From the NCBI GenBank assembly GCA_000993205.1, contig LBVU01000004.1, positions 208,030 to 272,029 of the forward strand: a stretch of 64,000 nt of DNA, in the 5' to 3' direction. Position 1 is the stretch's first letter, and the number at the start of each line of letters is the position of its first letter. This document shows positions 29,705-36,993 of the stretch, piece after piece. The notes under the pieces were generated by a model. That model was not told the DNA's origin, ran no database searches, and saw only the letters and a program-made list of their open reading frames with translations. The stretch is from Candidatus Woesebacteria bacterium GW2011_GWB1_39_10. Its GTDB lineage: Bacteria > Patescibacteriota > Microgenomatia > UBA8517. The position numbers were made by a program, and so were the translations under genes.

Positions 29705-32308
29705 TTACCAGCACCACCAGAGGAAACAGTGATTATTGCTTGGCTTTGGAGTTCCCACTTTCGCTTCAGGCTTCGTCGAGACCGGGCTGGTTGGTGGAGA
29801 TGTTTGAACAACAAATCTGTCTGAATGAAGCCGTGTTTGTGATGGGTATGTCAAAGCATACAAAGAAAAGTTTTTTGTTGTAGTGGAAACCATATTTTTG
29901 ATCCAGTCAACTACAATTGGAGTTTTAATTGTTTTCCATTTTTTAGATTCTGAATCAAAATATGAAACTTTTAAAACTGTAGGAGAAACTCCATTTAGTT
30001 TTGTTTTGTCATATGGCAGTTGTACTGTAAAAGGCTTGTCGGTTTTGTTAATAGGAAAACCATTAAAGGCAGAAACTGAGGAAATTTTAAAAATGTCAGA
30101 ATATGTATTTAATCCTTGACTCCAAGGGTATGGAATATTTGAAGTGTCTAAATCCTTCAGACCTTGCCTTTTTATTGTTACATACATATCATCATGACTA
30201 CTATATGAAGGAATTATTGTTCCTGCCCAGGAGTTATTAACAAAGGTTTGTAAAATTGAGGTATTTTTAGTGTAATTTGGTCCTGCATTGATACAGTATT
30301 TGTAATCTGCTTTACAATTAGAGTCAGATGATTCATTTTCAAAGCTTCCCACTTTGTAAACAATATAATGAGACTGGGGAGTATATGAACCATTGGTGTC
30401 GTATGCACGGACATATATTAAATGATTACCAGTTGATAAATTACTTATATCACAATCAAATTTGGTTGTTCCACTACAACTTGTCCAAGAAGTAGCTGGT
30501 TGATAATTATCATCAATACTATATTCAACTCCTGCAACAGCAGTTGTTGAGTTGGGTGCAGAAACTGTTCCACTTATTTTTACATTTGAAGTTAATGGAC
30601 TTGAAGTAACCGAAACATCAATAGTGTGGGGGAAATTATAAATTATGTAAAGAGAACCTGAATTGGTACGAGAGTTAAAACTTGCAGCACCAGCATCAAC
30701 TAAAATATCCATTTTACCGTTACCATATAAATTACCAACAGACAGCGCGTGACCCGAAAAAAAGCTTGAGGCTGTTGGACCATCGTATCGGATAGAATAA
30801 TTTGTGCCTGTTGCCAAATCGATATTATTTCCTGTCCCAGAATAACTAGCAATGAGTGAATCATAAATTACATAAAGGGACCCTGAATCGCTTCTACTAT
30901 TTTGGTCAGCCCGATATGCCACCACCAAAATATCATATATTCCGTTTGAATTATAATCAGTGGCCAGTAAAGAGAAATATCCGAGGCCATCACCTGCTAC
31001 GGCACCATCATAGCGGATAGAGTAATTTGTGCTTGTAGCTAAATCTATATTGTTGCCAGTTCCAGAATAACTAGCAATGAGTGCATTTTTGATGATATAG
31101 ATTGAACCTGAATCAGTTCTACTGTTATTGTCCTCTAAATAAGTTCCAATTAGTAAATCTTTTTTACCATCAATGTTTCCAGTTTTTAATGATCCAGACA
31201 GCTGATCATTAGCAATAGCACCGTCGTATCTTAAATTGTAGTTAGATGTTGTATTCATATCAACGATATTTCCAGTACCAGAGTAGTCATCAATCAATGA
31301 AGCATAGATTACATACACAGAACCGCTTCCAGTACGAGAGTTATAATCGGCTTGCCTTGCACCAATGATAAGATCTAATTTATTGTTATCGTTAAGATCG
31401 GAAACAACATCGTTGTGCCTACCAAAATTATCCCCCGTCGCAGCACCGTCGTATCTGATTGTAAAATTAGAAGTCGTTGCTAAATCAATAGTATTACCTG
31501 TTCCTAAGAGATTACCAAAGACTGTATTAGCGATATAATAGACTGAACCAGATTCATTTCTTGAATTATTGTCAGCAAAAACAGAAGCTAAAATTATATC
31601 CTGTTTATTATCGCCATCAATATCAAGATTCGTAGTATCTACACTTTTTGTTGATAAATTGTCACTAGCCGCAGCACCGTCGAAACGAATATTGAAGTTG
31701 TTTGAACTCGCAAGATCAATTGTATTACCCGTACCAGAATAATCATCAAGTAAGGTATCGTAGATTACAAATACAGACCCAGAGCCACTCCTAGAATTGT
31801 TATCTGATCCAATACTGGGGATAAGAAGGTCAAACTTTCCATTGCCATTTAAATCTTGAACAAAGACTCCTGCAGAAAAACCTAGCATATCGTTTGCTGC
31901 AGCACCATCGATACGAATGTTATAGTTATTTGGATTGGCTAAATCGATCGTATTGCCTGTACCGGTTAAGCCTTTCCATAGTGAACTATAAATTATATAT
32001 ATTGAGCCGGAATCTGCTCTTGAATTGTAGTCCGTCCAACGCGCACCAACGATGATATCTCTGTTCCCATCGTTATCTAGATCGACATTTGTCGCATTAG
32101 AATAAGTTAAAAGGTCAGAAGCATTGGCACCATCGATTCTAATGTTCCAATTCGTTGTCGTAGCCATATTGTAAGTAGTGGATGCCAGGATTTTAGAAGG
32201 AAAAACAAAGGAAGAAAAAAAAAGAAACAGGAAAATAAAGAAAAGAGATTTTACAAAACAGCGAAACTGTTTACTCTCTCTCTCTCTCTCTCTCTCTCTC
32301 GAAAACAC
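29705..32308 (-). CDS. secreted FG-GAP/VCBS-type repeat protein, predicted 7-bladed beta-propeller with Ca-binding loops plus C-terminal beta-rich domains; start codon GTG at 32308 (see SSR)
   Basis: Signal-peptide-like FIFLFLFFSSFVFPSKILA. There are seven roughly 60-aa repeats, each with a D-x-[DN]-x-[DN]-G-x-x-D loop (DLDNDGNRDIIVGA, DLNGNGKFDLLIPS, DIDGDNKQDIILAS, DLNDNNKLDLIIGA, NIDGKKDLLIGT, DYNSNGIYDILVVA, NLYGNGKMDILVDA). Each repeat is followed by NSR..SGS..Y-I-I/V-Y. Confidence 0.65.
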   Translation of the reverse strand: MFSRERERERESKQFRCFVKSLFFIFLFLFFSSFVFPSKILASTTYNMATTTNWNIRIDGANASDLLTYSNATNVDLDNDGNRDIIVGARWTDYNSRADSGSIYIIYSSLWKGLTGTGNTIDLANPNNYNIRIDGAAANDMLGFSAGVFVQDLNGNGKFDLLIPSIGSDNNSRSGSGSVFVIYDTLLDDYSGTGNTIDLASSNNFNIRFDGAAASDNLSTKSVDTTNLDIDGDNKQDIILASVFADNNSRNESGSVYYIANTVFGNLLGTGNTIDLATTSNFTIRYDGAATGDNFGRHNDVVSDLNDNNKLDLIIGARQADYNSRTGSGSVYVIYASLIDDYSGTGNIVDMNTTSNYNLRYDGAIANDQLSGSLKTGNIDGKKDLLIGTYLEDNNSRTDSGSIYIIKNALIASYSGTGNNIDLATSTNYSIRYDGAVAGDGLGYFSLLATDYNSNGIYDILVVAYRADQNSRSDSGSLYVIYDSLIASYSGTGNNIDLATGTNYSIRYDGPTASSFFSGHALSVGNLYGNGKMDILVDAGAASFNSRTNSGSLYIIYNFPHTIDVSVTSSPLTSNVKISGTVSAPNSTTAVAGVEYSIDDNYQPATSWTSCSGTTKFDCDISNLSTGNHLIYVRAYDTNGSYTPQSHYIVYKVGSFENESSDSNCKADYKYCINAGPNYTKNTSILQTFVNNSWAGTIIPSYSSHDDMYVTIKRQGLKDLDTSNIPYPWSQGLNTYSDIFKISSVSAFNGFPINKTDKPFTVQLPYDKTKLNGVSPTVLKVSYFDSESKKWKTIKTPIVVDWIKNMVSTTTKNFSLYALTYPSQTRLHSDRFVVQTSPPTSPVSTKPEAKVGTPKPSNNHCFLWWCW
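32274..32300. repeat. dinucleotide microsatellite (TC)13 (plus strand), i.e. (GA)13 on the coding strand, encoding (RE)n at codons 4-12 of the FG-GAP gene
   Basis: Read directly: ctctctctctctctctctctctctctc. Confidence 0.95.
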
Positions 32309-32455
32309 AGGTTAAATTTTGAAAATATTTCATATATCATACCCATTTTTGTTCTACCTTTGTAACCCTTCAAGATTGTAAAATTCTTCGCGGGTTGGTG
32401 CATCATCCATATTTTTAGTATACTCTTCACATCTTCCAGTTCAATAAGAATTATT

Positions 32456-33204
32456 ACCTTGCAAGGTTTCTCCTTACAAGGTAATATAAATTATGCCTGC
32501 AAGAAACTTAATAAGATTTGAGGGTGATGATTGTTACTATCACGTTTATAACCGTGGAGTTGAAAAGCGAATTATCTTTGAAGATGAACAGGACTACAAA
32601 GTCTTTTTAAATTATCTAAAAGAATATTTAAGCCCACCACCCGACCTCTCTAAAATAACAAAAACTTTTACCTTGCAAGGTTTCTCCTTTCAAGGTGTAC
32701 CACACCAGCCTAAAAACTATTTCGAGAAAGTTGAGCTTTTGGCATATTGCCTTATGCCTAATCATTTTCATCTATTTCTACACCAAAAGAATGAACATGA
32801 CATTGAAAAATTTATGCGATCGCTTTTAACCAGATATTCTATGTATTTTAACAAAAAATACGACCGTGTGGGTTCACTTTTTCAGGGACCATATAAATCT
32901 GCCATTGTGAGAGATGAATCATACTTTCTTCATTTAAGCAGATACATTCATTTGAATCCTTCTGAATATACAAAAGATTTAGTATCTGCATATTCTTCGT
33001 ATTCAGAATATTTGGGACTCAGAAAAACACCTTGGATACATCCAGAGAAAATATTATTTTTCTTTAAACAAGCAAGTAAAGATTTTATTCAAAAGGAAAA
33101 TAGTTACAAAAATTTTGTGAAGAATTATAAAATTGATAGCACTTCAATTCTGGAAAACCTTACGCTTGAATAACTAACCTTGAAGGGTCTCTCCTTACAA
33201 GGTA
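32456..33204 (+). mobile_element. RayT/IS200-like Y1 transposase gene bounded by direct copies of a 28-bp REP-like palindromic element
   Basis: Copies are ACCTTGCAAGGTTTCTCCTTACAAGGTA at 32456-32483 and ACCTTGAAGGGTCTCTCCTTACAAGGTA at 33177-33204, plus a third copy inside the ORF at 32670-32698. CCTTGCAAGG is itself palindromic. Confidence 0.65.
32493..33173 (+). CDS. IS200-like / REP-associated tyrosine transposase (Y1 HUH, TnpA_REP/RayT family)
   Basis: HUH motif LMPNHFHLFL, catalytic Tyr region RYIHLNPSEY and N-terminal YHVYNRG. The fold is shared with the second copy at 47792..48433. Confidence 0.75.
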   Translation: MPARNLIRFEGDDCYYHVYNRGVEKRIIFEDEQDYKVFLNYLKEYLSPPPDLSKITKTFTLQGFSFQGVPHQPKNYFEKVELLAYCLMPNHFHLFLHQKNEHDIEKFMRSLLTRYSMYFNKKYDRVGSLFQGPYKSAIVRDESYFLHLSRYIHLNPSEYTKDLVSAYSSYSEYLGLRKTPWIHPEKILFFFKQASKDFIQKENSYKNFVKNYKIDSTSILENLTLE

Positions 33205-33207
33205 GCC

Positions 33208-33654
33208 GTGGGTTTTGAGAAAAACTTCAGACTAACTTTGTATATGGGTCATGAAATTCCCCGTCATTGGAGACTGAATGCGCAGAGATACAGACTTACC
33301 GGCGAAGTGTGTAAAAACGGACACAAAGTTTTTCCGCCTCGTGATGTTTGCCCTGACTGTCACGGGGAGGCCCACATTCCCTTCACTTTGAGTGGCAGAG
33401 GCGAGATTTATTCATCAACGGTAATGTATGAACCACCGGCTGGTTTTGAAGGGTCCGTCCCATACCAAGTCGCCTTAGTCAAACTAGAGGAAGGACCAAT
33501 GATAACCGCCCAATTAACAGATCTGGCCAGTGCCAATGTTCCCTTAGAAATTGGGGCCAAGGTGGAAATGGTCACAAGAAAATTGAAAGAGGATGGTGGG
33601 GCTGGTTTAATATATTACGGGTATAAATTCAGAATTCCAGTTAATGCTTCTTAA
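33208..33654 (+). CDS. Zn-ribbon plus OB-fold protein (DUF35-like); probable start is the ATG at 33244
   Basis: CKNGHKVFPPRDVCPDCHG is a 4-Cys rubredoxin-like ribbon, followed by a beta-rich OB-like region. GC content is about 47%, well above the local background. Confidence 0.45.
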   Translation: MGFEKNFRLTLYMGHEIPRHWRLNAQRYRLTGEVCKNGHKVFPPRDVCPDCHGEAHIPFTLSGRGEIYSSTVMYEPPAGFEGSVPYQVALVKLEEGPMITAQLTDLASANVPLEIGAKVEMVTRKLKEDGGAGLIYYGYKFRIPVNAS

Positions 33655-34795
33655 AGAATTTGGGCATGTGCCATGTTCGCCAGATGAATAAATTATAGAC
33701 AGTGTAATTGTAAGGTAAAACAACGGCAAATAAAGCAAACAACAGTGCCCCAAGATGAACCAACGGGCTATCTCCGAAAAGTTTAGCTGCCCCTGATACT
33801 ATAAATGGCTGAACGATAACTGCAAATAGGGATGAAAAATTAAACTTAAAAAACTGAACAAAAATATCTGACACTTTTGTAATAATTTTGTCTTTGAATG
33901 TCCAAATATTATTAAAAATAAAGTTAGAAATAATCGCAGCCTCTGTGGCAAGAAGTGTGGCGACAAAAGTTGTAAATCCAAAACGTTTCAAAACCTCCAA
34001 GCCTACATAATTAACAACAAATCCTGTCCCTCCTACAACTCCAAATTTAATAAATCTTTGCTTGTCTTTTATTCCCAAAATTACGGCAACGGTGAAAGTC
34101 GCAACCATTTCTTTCCAATTAAACTTTGATTTCTCTTTAGTTCTTGCCGCAAACTCGAGCGGAACTTCAACAATCTTTTTAGAATTTTTAAGACATTGAT
34201 ATAAAAGATCGACTTTGTAAGCAAAGCGGTCCAGATCCATTAGTTTTTCGAGGTTAATTTTATCGAGAACCCCATTAACCCGTGATAACCTAAAACCGGT
34301 AGTCAAATCGTGAACTTTAAAATTAAGTAGAACAATCCGAATAAATAAATTGCCAAAAAAACTGACCGCCTTTCTGCTTATTGCCCACTCAGACGGAACG
34401 GAACCTCCTTTGATATATCTGGATCCTATTGCATAATCGGCGCCGGATAAGTATGCCTCAACCATTGGTCTTACAAACCTTGGAGGATGTTGAAAGTCCG
34501 CGTCCATTTCCAAAATCGCATCTGCGTGAAGTTTGTTCATTGCATACTGCATTCCCCGAACATATGCCCATCCCAAGCCTTCTTTTTCTTTTTGAAGAAT
34601 ATGGAGATTTTTGTGATGATTCATTAAATTTTTAACTACGTCCCCGGTTCCGTCCGGAGAAAAATCATCAACCACTAAAAGGTGCATTTCTACCCCATCA
34701 ATTTTTGGAAACTCCTTAGAAAAAAGCTCATGAACCATAAGAGCTATATTCTGAGCTTCGTTATACGCGGGCATGACTATGACAACTTTGTCCAT
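33641..34795 (-). CDS. polyprenol-phosphate glycosyltransferase (GT2) fused to a C-terminal GtrA-like 4-TM domain
   Basis: VVIVMPAYNEAQNI..LLVVDDFSPDGT..EMDADFQ. The C-terminal GVVGGTGFVVNYVGLEVL and TM helices match GtrA. Confidence 0.7.
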   Translation of the reverse strand: MDKVVIVMPAYNEAQNIALMVHELFSKEFPKIDGVEMHLLVVDDFSPDGTGDVVKNLMNHHKNLHILQKEKEGLGWAYVRGMQYAMNKLHADAILEMDADFQHPPRFVRPMVEAYLSGADYAIGSRYIKGGSVPSEWAISRKAVSFFGNLFIRIVLLNFKVHDLTTGFRLSRVNGVLDKINLEKLMDLDRFAYKVDLLYQCLKNSKKIVEVPLEFAARTKEKSKFNWKEMVATFTVAVILGIKDKQRFIKFGVVGGTGFVVNYVGLEVLKRFGFTTFVATLLATEAAIISNFIFNNIWTFKDKIITKVSDIFVQFFKFNFSSLFAVIVQPFIVSGAAKLFGDSPLVHLGALLFALFAVVLPYNYTVYNLFIWRTWHMPKFFKKH

Positions 34796-34835
34796 AGGTT
34801 AACTTTATCAGCTTTCACTGATAGAATACAAGAGT

Positions 34836-35474
34836 ATGAGGATAGATATAATCACGCTTTTCCCAAAAATGTTTGAGGGAACCATGAATCAATCAATTAT
34901 GTGGAGAGCCCAGGACAAAAATTTTATTGACTTGAACATAATCGACCTAAGACAGTTTGGTGACGGACTGAGGAAAAATGTTGATGATAGACCTTATGGC
35001 GGTGGGGCCGGAATGATTCTTAGAATTGACATTATCGACGCTTGCCTTAAATCGATTAAGGCAAAGCCTGGTTCGAAAAATCAGAAAATAATATTAACTT
35101 CGGCGGGGGGTGTGAAATTTACACAAGAAAAAGCCTATAAATATTCAAAATTCAAAAGGATGATTATCCTCTGTGGTCATTACGAAGGAGTTGATAATAG
35201 AGTCGCCGAAAATTTGGTAGATGAGGTAGTCTCTATTGGAGACTATGTTTTAACCGGTGGGGAAATCCCGGCCATGGTTATTGCCGATACTGTTACAAGA
35301 CTAATCCCTGACGTCATAAAGCCGGATTCCCTGATAGAGGAATCTTTTTCCGGAATGGAAAGTGAATATCCGCAGTACACCCGTCCCGAAGTATACCGCG
35401 GATGGAAAGTCGCCAAAGTGCTTCTTTCAGGAAACCATGCCGAAATTGACAAATGGAGAAAAAACAATACTTAA
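34836..35474 (+). CDS. trmD: tRNA (guanine37-N1)-methyltransferase
   Basis: MRIDIITLFPKMFEG..VDDRPYGGGAGM..GGE..D is the TrmD signature. Confidence 0.85.
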   Translation: MRIDIITLFPKMFEGTMNQSIMWRAQDKNFIDLNIIDLRQFGDGLRKNVDDRPYGGGAGMILRIDIIDACLKSIKAKPGSKNQKIILTSAGGVKFTQEKAYKYSKFKRMIILCGHYEGVDNRVAENLVDEVVSIGDYVLTGGEIPAMVIADTVTRLIPDVIKPDSLIEESFSGMESEYPQYTRPEVYRGWKVAKVLLSGNHAEIDKWRKNNT

Positions 35475-35492
35475 TTACTATATAGTAATTAA
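35471..35492. terminator. perfect 22-bp palindrome TTAATTACTATATAGTAATTAA containing the stop codons of both convergent genes (trmD TAA and rfbD TAA); candidate bidirectional terminator
   Basis: Read directly. The stem is AT-only. Confidence 0.35.
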
Positions 35493-36388
35493 GTATTTAA
35501 TTGAGAAACAAACTCGTCCACCATCGCTCGCCAAGTTTTAAATTTCAAATTTAGGATATTTTGAGTTTTTAGAGTTTTTAGACCACCTAGACGGGGGCGT
35601 GGTGTACGACCGGGAGCTTTTAGAAACTCACCCATTGAACCCTTTTGCAACTCAACTGGTTTACCTGTATATTTTCCCAACAAATATAGCCCTATTTCGT
35701 GCGGCGTGGTCATATCACTTGAGGCAACGTGGAAGATACCAGATATTTCTTCATTAATAATTTTAACCAAAGGCTCAACTAAATCATCTACAAATAACAC
35801 ACTCTGAACCTGGTCCGTGAACATTGGATATAATTTTTGTTCATTGTATAAATTGATCAAATTTCTTGCCCAATCTTTCTTTAAATCGAATGGTGCTGCA
35901 CGAAACGGATATCCATACCTTACAATTGCGTAATTTGTTGAAGTATTTTGAATCATTAACTCGGCCCGGTTTTTTGTCCAACCATACCAACCGATTCCGA
36001 CAGGAGTCTCCGGAAGGCGGGCGTCTTCATCGTACGGACCTGGTTCCTCTTCTGTTCCGGGAAAAACAAAATCTGTAGAAATGTGAACTAGAAACGTGTT
36101 ATTGTCGTTACAATACTCGGCCAGATTTTTTGGTCCTAAAACATTTAATCGATATGTAAGACCTGTCTCGTCCCCGGTTTCTTTCTCAGCCGCGTCGACA
36201 TTTGTAAAAGCGGCAAAGTTAATCACAGCGTCAAATTTATTTTTTGTGAAATATTTTTCCACTGCCGTGTTGTCTATAATATCTAGGGTTTTTTCATCAA
36301 CTGAAACAATCTCCAGCTTGTCTTTTGCCAAATCAACAAATCTTGAAGCTACCATTCCAGTCCCACCAATTATCAATACTTTTTTCAT
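35489..36388 (-). CDS. rfbD: dTDP-4-dehydrorhamnose reductase
   Basis: Rossmann motif MKKVLIIGGTGMVASRF, a YGWTK (YxxxK) motif, and adjacency to rfbC and rfbB. Confidence 0.7.
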   Translation of the reverse strand: MKKVLIIGGTGMVASRFVDLAKDKLEIVSVDEKTLDIIDNTAVEKYFTKNKFDAVINFAAFTNVDAAEKETGDETGLTYRLNVLGPKNLAEYCNDNNTFLVHISTDFVFPGTEEEPGPYDEDARLPETPVGIGWYGWTKNRAELMIQNTSTNYAIVRYGYPFRAAPFDLKKDWARNLINLYNEQKLYPMFTDQVQSVLFVDDLVEPLVKIINEEISGIFHVASSDMTTPHEIGLYLLGKYTGKPVELQKGSMGEFLKAPGRTPRPRLGGLKTLKTQNILNLKFKTWRAMVDEFVSQLNT

Positions 36389-36408
36389 AATGTCATCCTG
36401 AATTCATT

Positions 36409-36990
36409 TCAGGATCTAAATTTTTCCGGGAAAAGCTCTCTTAATGTTGGATTGTGTTGGTCGCGCTCGGAAAGAATTGGCTCCTTTATCGGCCATTTTA
36501 TTTTTAGATCCGGATCGTTCCAGGCAACTCCCTTTGCCTTTGCATCGTCCCAATATTCATCAATAAGATAGAAATAATGCATCATTTCGGTTCCTAGTAC
36601 GCATACCGAATTACCAATCCCTCCAGCCGGCAGGAAAAGCGCCTGGCGTTTTGAATCTTCTTTGGTGTTGTCAATCGTGATATATTCAACCTTCCCAAAT
36701 GTTGAACTCTCCGGTCTAAGATCCACAATAGGGGCGTAAAGAATCCCCGTAATGGGGTAAATCATTTTGTTCCAATCTTCCGAATGAATGGCTTTAATAA
36801 CACCGGGTTTTATATAAGCATGAGTCCATTGCACCGGATTAAATTCAATCCCTGTTGCGGCTTTAAGTTCTTCTTTGTTATATGGTTCGTGAACAAATCC
36901 CCTGAAGTCTCCAAAAAGAGGGCGCTCGATAATAACAACGCCGGGAATAGAAGTATGCTTTATATGCTTTCTGTGATCAATTCGTATCAT
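36409..36990 (-). CDS. rfbC: dTDP-4-dehydrorhamnose 3,5-epimerase (cupin)
   Basis: 193 aa with PLFGDFRGFVHEPY and WTHAYIKPGVIKAIH. It sits between rfbD and rfbB. Confidence 0.7.
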   Translation of the reverse strand: MIRIDHRKHIKHTSIPGVVIIERPLFGDFRGFVHEPYNKEELKAATGIEFNPVQWTHAYIKPGVIKAIHSEDWNKMIYPITGILYAPIVDLRPESSTFGKVEYITIDNTKEDSKRQALFLPAGGIGNSVCVLGTEMMHYFYLIDEYWDDAKAKGVAWNDPDLKIKWPIKEPILSERDQHNPTLRELFPEKFRS

Positions 36991-36993
36991 ATT

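Noticed and set aside
29705-32308. Diversity-generating retroelement targeting the FG-GAP protein
   Set aside because: The protein repeats are diverged at the amino-acid level rather than TR/VR-type near-identical DNA pairs. No reverse transcriptase gene is present in the window.
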